Source: Hemiscyllium ocellatum (lineage: Eukaryota). From it: DNA of 64,000 nt. The notes beneath the pieces are model-generated. The model was not told the origin of the DNA, ran no database searches, and saw only the letters and a list, made by a program, of their open reading frames with translations. Positions 48,000 through 60,379 of the stretch are shown piece by piece; position 1 is the first letter of the stretch, and the number at the start of each line of letters is the position of its first letter. The translations under genes were made by a program, and so were the position numbers. The DNA is taken from contig NC_083435.1 in assembly GCF_020745735.1 (NCBI RefSeq), positions 26,659,231 to 26,723,230 on the forward strand, read 5' to 3'.

Positions 48000-48900
48000 A
48001 GACTTGCTTTTAATTCCAAATTTGTTTTTTAACTGAATTCAAACCTCACTATCTGCCACGAGGGAATGTGAACCCATGTCCCCAGATCATTAGCTGAGAT
48101 TTCCAGCCCAGTGACATTACCACTATATCACCATTGTCCTTCACATGAAGAACCCATTTAAAAATGTCTCAGAAGTTCTGTGAAAGTTAGGATAATTGCC
48201 ACGATTTATCCAATATTTTGGCAATTGAAGGTGATGAAACAGGAGTCAAGGTCAGCAATTATCTCATTGAATGATGTAGCCAGTTTAAAGGCCGAATGGT
48301 CTCCTACTGTCTGAAGGTTGCTGAAGAAAGCGACCTGCAACTCTGCTCATTCTCAAGGTAAGTGAAGATAAAAGCAGGAGTATTTATGTGATAGGATAGC
48401 TCGTGATACTGGGAGGACTTCTTCAAACATAGATTGAAGGACTTATAAACATAGATTTCTTTAAATCTATTCTGCCAGATACTAATGAGTCTCAATGTCT
48501 GATTGGGTCAATGCTATTTTGGGTCCAATCAGTGTGAAAGTGCCTAAACAGAAACAGAGTTTAGCATCACTCCAGGACACAGCTCGCAGACTGAGATGCT
48601 CTGGTGGAAAATGAGGTCTCACCAATCTGTTCCCCCCCCCCCCCCTGCTGTTAACTGAAGTCACATCTGTGAGGAGAGCTTTTTGCAGGTGAGTAATGGG
48701 GTGTGAGAGGGACAGTGCCAGGCTGGGTACTGGGTCATTAGTTATCAGTCAGTACATAATAGGGTGGAAGGGGCAGTGTCAGGCTGGTTCTGCAGTTTTA
48801 ACCTTTGATCATGTTACTATTATAATGGTTTATGGGGTACAATTTTTTTTAACTTCATGTTTTAAACTTCAGTGAAACACTGGTTTAAATTATTTACACT
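48000..48900 (+). pseudogene. class I unit 4: 5' flank, promoter, leader remnant (48665-48688) lacking ATG, start of intron 1
   Basis: CTGATTGG at ~48499-48506, CCAATCAGTGT at 48525; aactgaagtcac joined to atctgtgaggagagctttttgcag|GTGAGT, so most of the leader is deleted. Confidence 0.8.
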
Positions 48901-49990
48901 TTACTGTGGGGAAGGTCATTGATGAAGCATCTGAAGATTGTTGGACACAGGAAAAACCCTGACGAATTCCTGTAGAGATGCCCTGGAGCTGAAGTGACCT
49001 CCAACAACCACGATCATCTTCCTACAATACAATGCCAACTATGGGAGAGTGTGCCCGTGTAACTCATTGATTCCAGTTTTGCTCGGGCTCCTTGATGCCA
49101 CACTTGGTCAAATGCAGCCTTGATGTCAAGGGCTGTCATTCTCACCTCACATCTGGAATTCAGTAGTTTTGCTCATTTTGAACCAAGGCTGCAGTGAGGT
49201 CAGCAGCTGAGTCATCCTGCTGGAACCCAAATTGGGCATTACTGAGCAGGTTATTCCTGAGAACACCTTCCATCACTTTACTGATGATCAACAATAGACT
49301 GATGGGACAGTAACTGGCCAGATTGGATTTTTCCTGTTTTTTTTTATGTACAAGACATACCCAGGCAATTTGGACATTGTCAGGCAGATGCCGGTGTTGC
49401 AGCTGTACTGGAGCACAAGTCTTCAATAGTATTGCTGGAACGTTGCCAGGGCCCGTAGCCTTTGCAGTACCCGTTGTCTCCAATTGTTTTTTGATATCAC
49501 GTAGAGTGAATCAAATTGGCTGGTACTCACAATGCTGGGGACTACTAGCAGAGGCAGAGATGGATCATCCACTCAGCACTTCTGGCTGAAGATTGCTGCA
49601 AAAGCTTCATCCTTACTCATCGCTCATTGAGGGTGGGGATATTTGTGGAGTCATGTCCTCTATGAGTTATTTAATTCACCACAACCATTCAGGATTTGAT
49701 GTAGTAAACTGCAGAGTTCAGATTTGATCCAGTGTTTCTGAGATTGCTGAGTTCTGTCTATCATTTGCTGCTTATGCTGTTTGACTTGCAAATAGTCCTG
49801 TTTAGTGGCTTCACCAGGTTGATACCTCATTTCAGGTCTACTAAACACTGCTCCTGGTATGTCCTCTTGCACTCTCCATTGAACCAGGGTTGATCCACCA
49901 GCTTGAAGGTAATGGTTGAATGGATATGCTGGGCCACATCTTAGAGACTGTGCTGCAGACTCTGAATTGTGAAATTATCTTTTGCCCAGC
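48900..49990 (-). mobile_element. L2/CR1-group LINE RT remnant
   Basis: KATGPGNVPAILLKTCAP...SNLASYCPISLLLIISKVMEG...AQFGFQQ. Confidence 0.65.
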
Positions 49991-50529
49991 ACTGGATAAT
50001 TGGTTAATACAATGCATTTTCAAAACTTTTTTTATGTCATTAACTTAAAATTTATTCCAATCAGTCGAACTGGGTATACTCGTTGATTAACTTAACTGTG
50101 TGTTTAATTGTGATCTCTGACACAGAAAGCACTTTCCCATGTTTGTGATCACTTTACCCTACAGCAGTACTTCAGAAATCATCAGAATGTTTCTACATCT
50201 GATTGCTGCAGAATACTTCAATAAAGCACAATTCTTTTCCCAATTTACTGAGCCTGTACAGCTTCAAGGACAGTGATGAAGGTTTTGTCTCAGTATTTGT
50301 TATCACTTTGCTTGGAATACCATTTTGCCAAATAAAAGCTTACAATGTTATAATAAAACATTGCATACTTTCTGTGACAGATTTGAAGTCCAGCCTTTAC
50401 TAATATCTATTGATTAATCCCTTATTCTTCAATTATCTCTAAGTGGAGGCTCCATAATTTTTCTTTGCTGATTTCTAAACTTGCAGAAATTGATTTTAAA
50501 ATGTCTCTTGTGTTTGCCCCTAAGTATCA

Positions 50530-50790
50530 ACTACATTGCTGTGGGTCGAAAGTCACATCTGCGCCTGGCTAGATGGCAGTTTCCTTTGCCTGAAGGACAT
50601 TAGTAAACCAGATGAGTTTATCCCCCAAGAATTGGCAATGGCTTCATGGTTGTTGTTAGATTCCTAATTCCAGATATCTATTAAATTCAAATTCCATCTG
50701 CCGTGGCAGGATTCATACCCAGGTCCCTAGAACATTACCAGGATGTCAAGATTAATAGTCCAATGATAATGCCACTAGACCATCATCTCC
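50530..50790 (-). mobile_element. SacSINE1/Deu-SINE-like element
   Basis: Best-preserved copy: gatggcagtttcc...aaggacattagtaaaccagatg...aattcaaattccatctgccgtggcaggattc. Confidence 0.6.
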
Positions 50791-53700
50791 CCAAATAAAA
50801 CCAGTTATACCATTGCATCCACAGCACAAAGGCAGTGACCGTTCCATCACATCAGCTGACTAATAAAGATGTGAATACAACATCTGCACATGCTCTAAAT
50901 CAAGCATCAGCCCCCAATGCCCACAAAACCCCAATATTGGAAATGGAACATATGCCATGCAGAAACTACAAGTGAGATGGGAATGACACTCCCAGGATAA
51001 GCAGCATCACCCAGAAGAACAACCAATGATGAAGGCCAGCACAATTTAAAGACTGTGTGGATATTCATGTGCAAGGATTGACTCGTACAATGAACTACTG
51101 TTGCATGCCGTCATTCGTGCCCATCATGGATAAACTGGGCAACTTATGATGTAAGCGAAAATACAAGCAACAGTTTTGACTGTAAAGGGAGATGTTTTAG
51201 AAATGCAATAATACACTGACTCCTGGCTTTGCAGAGTCACATGATCCCATGGGGCACACAATAGAGATTTTCATCTTGCAGTCAGGTCAATTGATATGCA
51301 GTGCAGACAAGACATATGTCCTCTCTGCTTATAATACCCAGCATCACAGATCAGAAGAACTGAATGGCATGCTCCTGTCAAAACCTCAAGGGGCCAACAA
51401 CCTCCTCCTACTCCATCACAACAGATTAGAGGGGCTGAACAGCCTTTTCTTGTACCAGTGTAGCAGATTCATCAAACTGCTCTTTTTCCAGTGTACTAGG
51501 CTCAGTGATCTTTTTAACTAGCTGATGACAGCTGAGTGTTACAGTGTTACGCACCCTTAAAAAGAATTGGTGAGCAAGAATATTGATTTATTGCAGTCCA
51601 CCTTTTGTGTAAACAGGCACACTGTTGTTCGAGTGTTGTAGCAGACCATGACTAAAGTTGACAAGATGGCCATTTGGAGCTTTTTTAGTTAATACATGAT
51701 AGCCAAAAGATGTGGACAGTTACATACAGCAGATGTTCAAAGCTAGACTTGTAGTCTCCATACAGAGATATAGGATAAGATTCTCCGTCGGAAGATACAA
51801 TCCGTAAGTTATTCAGGTTTGTGTAAACAAGCAGTTTTAAAAACATATAAACATTTTAGTACAGAGCATTTTTGTAAGGCCTTTTTTAGCCACAGTGCCA
51901 AGTTTGTTATTTAGTAAAGGGTAGAAGGTGAGCCTAACAATGATGTAAAGTTTGCATGTAATTGTTGCAACATGAAAGGCATAAAAATTTGTACTCAGTT
52001 GGGGAACCCATTGTGTCACTGACCTCTGATCTGAGCTGTAATTCAGAGGGCAACTAAGCCCCAGGTGAAAGCCAGATTCAGGGTGGTCTCAGGCCTCTTC
52101 CGCAATTGTGGTAATGGAGTTCTGAGTAAAGGTCACTTGTACAATGGAACACAGAACTTAGGACTACTCTTTCATGTTTCTCCCTGCAACATAGAGCGAG
52201 TTCACAGATTATAGTCCAGTGACAGTGGAGGACCAGTGATACAGTTCCAAGTCAGGATGCTGAGAGACATGAAGATGAACTTGCAGATGGTGGTGTTCCC
52301 ATTAATCTGCTCCTTGGAGGTGGGAGATTTTATAAGTTGGTTATGTACTGTCAAATGATGCTGGGCAGGATCTTGCAGTGTATCTTATACAAGGTACACT
52401 CTGCAGTCACTCTGCTTTGGTCAGTGAGCTCAAATGCCTGGCTGGTTGCAATAGAGAGTAGTATCAACAGTGTGGATTCATTTTTCTGCATTGGCTGAGG
52501 TGACCATGAGGGACTCATCCAATCATAGACATGTACAGCACAGAAACAAACTTTTGGTCCCACTTATCTGTGCCGACCAGACAACCCAACCTAATTTAGT
52601 CCCATATCCCTCTAAACCCTTCCTACTCAAATACCCATCCAGATATTTTAAATGTTCTGAGTATACCAGTCTCCACCACTTCCTCTGGAAGCTCATTCCA
52701 TACACGCACCACCCTCAGTGTGAAAAGGATGCCCCTTAAAATGCCCCCTAAACCTATGCCCTTTAGATCTGGACTCCCCCAACTGACAGAAAACACCTTG
52801 TCTATTTACCCTGTCCATGCCCCTCATGATTTTATAAACCTCTATAAGGTCACCCCTCAGCATCCAATGCTCCACTGAAAATAGGCCCAGCCTATTCAAC
52901 CTCTCCCTATAGTTAAAACTTTCGAACCCTGGCAACATCCTTGTAAATCTTTTCTGAACACTTTCAAGTTTCACAACATCCTTCCGATAGGAAGAAGATG
53001 AATAATGCACGCAATATTCCAAAAGTGACCTCACCAATGTCCTGTACAGCTGGAACATGACCTCCCAACTTCTATACTGAATGCTCTGACCAATAAAGGA
53101 AAGCATACCAAACTTCTTCACTATCCGATCTAACTGTGACTCTACTTTCAAGGAACTATGAACCAGCACGACAAGGTCTTTCACTCAGCATCATTCCCCA
53201 GGACCTTACCATTAAGTGTACACGTCCTGCTCTAATTTACTTTTCCAAAATGCAGCACCTCACATTTATCTAAATTTAACTCCATCTGCCACTCCTCAGC
53301 CCATTGGGCTATCTGATCAAGATCCCTTTGTACTCTGAGGTAACCTTCTTCACTGTCCACTACACCTCCAAGGTTTACATCCAAATCATTTATATAAATG
53401 ATGAAATGTTGAGGACCCAGCACAGATCCTTGCAACACACCAGTGGTCACAGGCCTCCAGTCTGAAAAGCAACCCTCCACTACCACCCTCTTTGTTCTAC
53501 CTTCCAGCCACTCTTCATCCAAATGCCTAGTTGTCTCTGTATTCAATGGGATCAAATCTTGCTAACCAGTCTCCCATGAGGAAGCTGTCGAATGCCTAAC
53601 TGAAGCCCACATAGACCATGTCTACCACTCTGCCCTCATTAATCCTCTTCGTCCTTCTTAAAATAGCTCAATCAAGTTCACGAGACATGATTTCCCATGC

Positions 53701-54745
53701 AGAAAGACATGCTATCCCTGACCAGTACTGAATGCTCTTTCCAAGTACACGTAAATCCTGTCCCCCAAGATTCCATTCAACAACCTGCCTACCACCTTTG
53801 TCATGCTCACCAGTCTATAGTTCTGCAGCTTTTCCTTACCGCCTTTCTTAAATAATGGCACCACATTAGCTCAGCCGCTAGTCTTCTAGCACTTTGCCTG
53901 TGAGTATCGAAGACACAAATATCTCAGCAAAGGGCCCAGCAATCACTTCCCAAGCTTTTCACTAAGTATTTGGGTATACTTGATCAGGTCCTGGGGATTT
54001 ATCCACTTCTATGTGTTTCAAGACATCCAATACCACCTCCTCAGTGATATGGACATTTTTCAAAATTTCACCATCTATTTCCCCAGATTCTATATCTTCC
54101 ATGTCATTCTTAACAGTAAATACTGACGCAAAATACTTGTTTAGTTACTCCCCGATCTCCTGCGGCTCCACATGTAGACTGCCTTGCTGATCTTTGAGGG
54201 GCCTTATTCTCTCCCTAGTTATCCTTTTGGTCTTAATGTACCAATAAAAACCCTTTGATTTCTCCTTAACCCTTTTTGCCAAAGCGGTCTCATGTCCTCT
54301 TTTTGCCTTCTTGAAATCTCTCTTAAGTATACTCCTAATGCTTTTATATTTTAATGATTCATTCAATCGCTGCTGTCTATACCCAACATGTGCTTCCTTC
54401 TTTTTCTAAACCAAATTCTCAGTTTCTCTGGTGATCCAGCATTTACATGTACCAGCCTTTCCTTTCACCTTAACAGGAATGTATTATCTCTGGACTCTTG
54501 TTATCTCATTTTTGAAGGCTTCCCATTTTGCAGCTATCCGTTACTTGCCCCCAATCAGCTTTTGAAATTTCTTGCTGAATACCGTCAAAATTAGTCTTCC
54601 TCTAATTTAGAACTTCAACTTTTAGATCCAGTCTATCCTTTTCCAACACTATGTTAAATAGGATTATGGTTGCTGGCCCCAAACTGCTTTCCCACTGACA
54701 TTTCCGTCATCTGCCCTGTCTTATTTCCCAAGAGTAGGTCAAGTT

Positions 54746-55016
54746 ACTCGAACTCAGCACCGCCTTCCTAACCTGCAATCTTCTTCCTGACCTCTCCGCC
54801 CCCACCCCACTCCGGCCTATCACCCTCACCTTGATCTCCTTTCACCTATCACATCTCCATCGCCCCTCCCCCAAGTCCCTCCTCCCTACCTTTTATCTTA
54901 GCCTGCTGGACACACTTTCCTCATTCCTGATGAAGGGCTTATGCCCGAAACGTCGAATTTCCTGTTCCTTGGATGCTGCCTGACCTGCTGCGCTTTTCCA
55001 GCAACACATTTTCAGC
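54746..55016 (+). mobile_element. Penelope pLTR insertion, 271 bp
   Basis: Flanked by (C)AAGTT duplication (54741-54745, 55017-55021) inside the CR1; ends in ...acattttcagc. Confidence 0.8.
54923..54958 (+). ncRNA. minimal type I hammerhead ribozyme motif with intact core
   Basis: ATTC-CTGATGA-A-GGGC-ttat-GCCC-GAAA-CGTC-GAAT: stem I ATTC/GAAT, stem II GGGC/GCCC, palindromic ACGT stem III, GUC cleavage triplet ending at 54954. Confidence 0.8.
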
Positions 55017-55635
55017 AAGTTTTACACCTTGTCTAGTAGGTACCTCCACTTAATGAAGCAGAAACCTTTCTTGTACTCAAGTTCATTTCCATCTAAACCC
55101 TTAATACTATGGCAGTCTGACCCTATGTTTGGAAAATTAAAATCCCCTACCATAACCACCCTATTAATTTTCCAGGTAACTGAAACCTCCTTACAAGTTC
55201 ATTTCTCAATTTACTATTGGGGGATCTATAAGACATTCCCTATAAGATGATCATCCCTTGCTTATTTCTCAGTTCCACCTAAATAACTTTCCCGAATATA
55301 TTCCCAGGAACATCCTCCCTAAGTATGGTCCCTAAGTAATACTACCCCTTGTCAAAAATACCACATCCCTCCTCTTTTGCCCCCCCCCTTTCTATCCTTC
55401 CAGGATGCATTTGTATCCTGGAACATTAAGCAGTGAGTCCTGTCCATCTGTGAGCCACATTTCTGTAATTGCCATGATATTAAAGTCCCATGTTCCTAAC
55501 CATTGCGAGTTCATTTGCCTTCCTATTAGGTGTCTTGCATTGAAGTAAATGCAGTTTAATTTATCAGTCTTACCTTGTTCTATGCTTTGTTCCAGCCTGC
55601 CCTGACTGTTCGACTCTCTCCCTTTCCCAACTGTA

Positions 55636-55859
55636 CAGGGTATTGCCCACTTTTCAAAAGTTCACTTTATGAGACTTCGTTTTTTAACAAAAGTTAGTTC
55701 CTATTTTTGCCAACTGAAAAAAACAAAGAGAATTTTTGCTTTTACAAGAAAAAGGTGAAAATTTTCCCATATAAATTTACGTTTCTTCACTTTACGCCAT
55801 TTCAGCTTACAAAAGATTTCATAGGAAGGCTCTACTGTTGGATAGTGGGGGAAAACATG
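55636..55859. mobile_element. Tc1/mariner (Tigger-like) MITE
   Basis: Inserted at TA in CR1 motif actgta|ccagtctc; degenerate TIRs cagggtattgcccact / agtgggggaaaacatg. Confidence 0.55.
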
Positions 55860-56429
55860 TACCAGTCTCAGATTGATCTCTTTTCTCACTATTTCCCTTC
55901 GTCCTACCCCCTCCATCTTATTAGTTGAAATCCTCCCAAGCAGCTCTGCCAGTATATTAGTCCCCTTCCAATTGAGGTGCATTCTGACCTTCTTGTTCAG
56001 GTCACTTCTACCCCAGAAGAGATTTCAATGATCCAAAAATGTGAACCCTTCTCCCCTGCACCAGCTCCTCATCCATGCATTCATCTGCTGTATCCTCTTA
56101 TTCCAACCCTCACTGGCTCATAGCACCGTGAGTAATCCAGATATTACTACCCTCCATGACCTGCTTTTTAAACTGGTGTCAAACTTTTTGTATTCTCCCT
56201 TCAGAATCGCATTCTGTTCCCTTCCTATGTCGTTAATTCCAATGTGTACAATGACTTCCTGCTGGTCCCTCTCCTCTTTGAGAACATTCTGCGCCTTGAG
56301 ACATCCTTGATCCTGGCACCAGGGAGACAACACACCATTCTGATTTTCTGTTGCTGGCTGCAGAAACATCTGTCTGTGTCTCTGCATAGACAAGTCTTTG
56401 ATCACCACATTCACCAGTTTCCTCATTCC

Positions 56430-57335
56430 CCCTCCCCCAACATTACCCAAGTTCCAAGCCTCCACACCTACAAATGGACTCCACCAGCAGATATATTTTT
56501 CCCTGCCAGGATTCCGGAGAGACCATTCCCACTGCGACTCCGTCGTCAGAACCACACTCTCCACCAACCCACCTTCACCTGCCACTGCAGGAAGTACAAA
56601 ACTATAAAAAGTGCAAAGTGTGTACCCACACCTCCCCCTTCACCTCCGTCCATGGCCCCAAAGGACTCTTCCACATCTGACAGAAATTTACTTGCACCTC
56701 CACCAATGTCATCAACTGCACATGACGTGGTCTCCTCTACATCGGGGAGACAGGACACCTACTCATAGATTGCTTCAGAGAACATCTCCAGGACACCCGC
56801 ACCAACCAAACCCACCGCTCTGTGGCCAAACACTTCAACTCCCCAACGCACTCCACCGAGGACATGTGGGTCCTGGGCCTCATCCACCGCTAAACCCTTA
56901 TCACCTGATGCCTAGAGGAAGGAAGCCTCATCTTCTGCCTTGGGACCCTCCAACCCCATGGCAATGTGGATTTCATCAGTTTCCTCATTTCCCTTTCCCC
57001 CACCTTATCCCATTTCCAACCTTCCAGCTCAGCACCACCCTCATGACCTGTCCTGTCTATCTTCCTTCTCACCTATCGACTCCACCCTCCCCTCTGACCT
57101 ATCACCATTACCCCCACTTCCATTCACCTACTGCACTCTTAGCTACCTTCCCCCCAGCCCCACTCCCTCCCATTTATCTCACAACTCCCGAGGCTCCCAG
57201 CCTCATTCCTGATGGAGGACTTTTGCCTGAAACATCAATTTTACTGCTCCTCAGATGCTGTCTGATCTGTTGTGCTTTTCCAGCACCACACTCTCGACTG
57301 TAATTTCCAGCATCTGCAGTCCTCACTTTTGCCTG
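56430..57335 (+). mobile_element. Penelope-like element remnant with GIY-YIG endonuclease and pLTR
   Basis: TSTNVINC...LYIGETG...FREHLQDTR...VAKHFNSPTH...LIFCLGTLQPHG; degenerate hammerhead at ~57209. Confidence 0.8.
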
Positions 57336-57397
57336 GAATGTAGTAGTGCATGTTTGCATGGTTATTGTCAATGTAATGTATATGTGTTGTAGTGTAC

Positions 57398-59415
57398 ATA
57401 GAACATAGAAGGATACAGCGCAGTACAGGCCCTTCGGCCCTCGATGTTGCGCCGACCGAATCCTACCTAACCTATACTAGCCCAATAACTTCCAAATGCC
57501 TATCCAATGCCCGCTTAAATGACCATAAAGAAGGAGAGTTCACCACTGATACGGGCAAGGCATTCCATGAACTCACAACCCGCTGTGTGAAGAATCTACC
57601 CCTAACATCTGTCCTATACCTACCACCCCTTAATTTAAAGCTATGTCCCCTAGTAACATCTGACTCCATTAGCAGTAAAAGGTTCTTAGTATCTACCCTA
57701 TCTAAACCCCTAATCATCTTATACACTTCTATCAGATCTCCCCTAAACCTTCTCTTCTCCAATGAGAACAGCCCCAAGTGCCTCAGCCTTTCCTCATAAG
57801 ATTTTCCTACCATTCCAGGCAACATCCTGGTAAACCTCCTCTGCACTCGTTCTAAAGCTTCCACATCCTTCCTATAGTATGGCGACCAAAACTGCACACA
57901 ATACTCCAGATGAGGCCTCACCAGAGTCTTATACAACTGCAACATGACCTCAGGACTCCGGAACTCAATTCCTCTGCCAATAAAGCCCAGTACACCATAT
58001 GCCTTCCTCACAGCACTATTTACCTGGGTGGCAACTTTCAGAGATCTGTGTACATAGACACCAAGATCCCTCTGCTCATCCACACTACCAAGTAGCCTAC
58101 CATTAGCCCAGTAATCCATCATCTTGTTATTCCTACCAAAGTGAACGACTTCGCACTTAGCTACATTGAATTCCATTTGCCACATTTCCGCCCAGCTCTG
58201 CAACTTATCTATATCCCGCTGTAACCTACCACTTCCTTCCTCACTATCCACAACTCCACCGACTTTTGTGTCATCCGCAAACTTGCTTACCCAGCTTTCA
58301 AGTCCTTCCTCTAGATCATTTATAAAGATAACAAAAAGCAATGGTCCCAAAACAGATCCTTGTGGTACACCGCTAGTAACTGCGCTCCAAGATGAACATA
58401 ATCCATCAACTACTACCCTCTGTCTCCTTCCAGCCAGCCAATTCCTAATCCAAACCTCTAATGTATCCTCAATGCCATACCTCCGAAGTTTTAGCATTAG
58501 CCTACCATGGGGAACCTTATCGAACGCCTTATTAAAATCCATATACACAACATCTACTGCTTTACCCTCATCCACTTCCTTAGTCACCTTCTCAAAGAAC
58601 TCAATAAGGTTTGTGAGGCACGACCTGCCCTTCACAAAACCATGCTGGCTATCCCTGATCACGTTATTCCTACCCAGATGTTCATAAATCTTATCCCTTA
58701 CCATTCTCTCTAAGACTTTGCCCACCACTGAAGTCAGACTCACTGGCCTATAGTTACTAGGGCTATCCCTACTCCCTTTCTTGAACAATGGGACCACATT
58801 CGCTATCCTCCAGTCCTCTGGTACTATTCCCGTTGACAATGACGACATAAAAATCCAGGCCAATGGCTCTGCTATCTCCTCCCTAGCTTCCCATAGGATC
58901 CTGGGGTAAATGCCATCAGGCCCAGGAGACTTATCTATATTCATCCTTTCCAATATTCCCAAAACCTCTTCCCTGCATATTTCCAGGGCATCCATTCTAA
59001 TTATTTGTGATTCCATATTCACATCAGCAACAGTGTCCTGTTCCTGAGTGAATACTGATGAAAAGTACTGATTTAATGTCTCTCCAATCTCCTCCGCCTC
59101 CACACACAACTTCCCACTACTATCCTTGACTGGACCGATACCTACCCTAGTCATCCTTTTATTCTTGACATACCTATAGAAAGCCTTTGGGTTTTCCCTA
59201 ATCCTACCAGCTAAAGACTTTTCATGTCCCCTTCTCGCTTCTCTTAGCTCCCTCTTTAGCTCCTTCCTGGCTACCTTATAACTCTCAATCGCCCCTACTG
59301 AACCTTCACGCCTCATCTTTACATATGCCGCCTTCTTCCCTTTCACAAGGGACTCCAATTCCTTACTAAACCACGGCTGCCTCACAAGGCCCTTTACACC
59401 ATGCCTGACTGGTAC
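57398..59415 (-). mobile_element. young 5'-truncated CR1 with uninterrupted 637-aa ORF2 portion
   Basis: ORF 57472-59385 open through YMDFNKAFDKVPH, FADDTK and the C-terminus; (TAGAACA) tail. Confidence 0.95.
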
Positions 59416-59524
59416 TAACAGTATAAGATTAAAGGGTCTTAAAATTAAGCTATCTTTGGATATTCATGGTGCATGTTTTTTTGGGGGGGGGGGAGGTGAC
59501 AATACTGCTCTTTTAAGACAGTTA

Positions 59525-60366
59525 TGGATATTGCTCCTTGACAACCACCTGATGAAGGAGCAGCGCTTGGAAAGCTAGTGCTTCTAAATGAACCTGTTGG
59601 GAGCATAGCCTGGAGTTGTGTGATTTTTAACTTTGTATATGCAGTCCAACACCGGCATCTCCAAATCATTTTTTTTCCAAGAGGGGTCGTAAAGGCAGAC
59701 ATTCTGATTTGTCTGGGTCAGGGACTTTGACGCCTTCGGCAGTATCTGTTACCTATAGTCAATTAGGATAAAAAAAACACCTTCACACATGCACGTCCTC
59801 ACAGACTTAAGACACTCTGCACTCACTACATACACACACAAGTTTCTCACACACACAACCCCACCCCAGACAGACAGACACACACAAAGACTCACGTGCA
59901 CACATATTTTGTGGGGTGAATTTGTACTTGCAGAGTTACATTGTATTTTGCTCAAAAACTGCATGAATTTATGTAAAACTCTGTTATCTCACTTTTTAGA
60001 TTAGAATCAATCAATCTAAACATCAGGTCATAGACAGGGAACACAGGGGGCTAACACCTTCAACATATTGTCTAGCTATCACCATTGTTAACAGCTAACC
60101 CGAGAATGTAACTTTTTTAAAAAAAGGTTTTGTGATTTACACATGAAAGAAGTGAAACTATCACTGTATTCTAACAGATAAAAGGCTTAACAGACAATCA
60201 ATTTTTCAATGTATAATTTCAGTTACATCACACTAAATTTTTTGCAATAAATTCTGTTACGATCGAGCCCTCCACAACCACCTGATGAAGGAGCGTCGCT
60301 CCGAAAGCAAGTGTGCTTCCAATTAAACCTGTTGGACTATAACCTGGTGTTGTGTGATTTTTAACT
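59525..60366 (+). mobile_element. two Penelope pLTR/3' fragments (59525-59670, 59778-60366)
   Basis: cacCTGATGAaggagc...GAAAgc cores at 59549 and 60282; shared ataacctggtgttgtgtgatttttaactt end. Confidence 0.7.
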
Positions 60367-60379
60367 TAACTCAGCAATG

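Larger units (their letters stand above)
52520..56420 (-). mobile_element. old CR1 LINE (ORF1 esterase to 3' tail) with nested Penelope and MITE insertions
   Basis: VIVHIGINDIG...VVISGLL; DWRPVTTGVLQGSVLGP; LYRTLVRSLLEYCV. Confidence 0.85.

Noticed and set aside
56611-57303. 230-aa Pro/His-rich ORF as a host gene
   Set aside because: Off-frame reading of the Penelope GIY-YIG/pLTR remnant.
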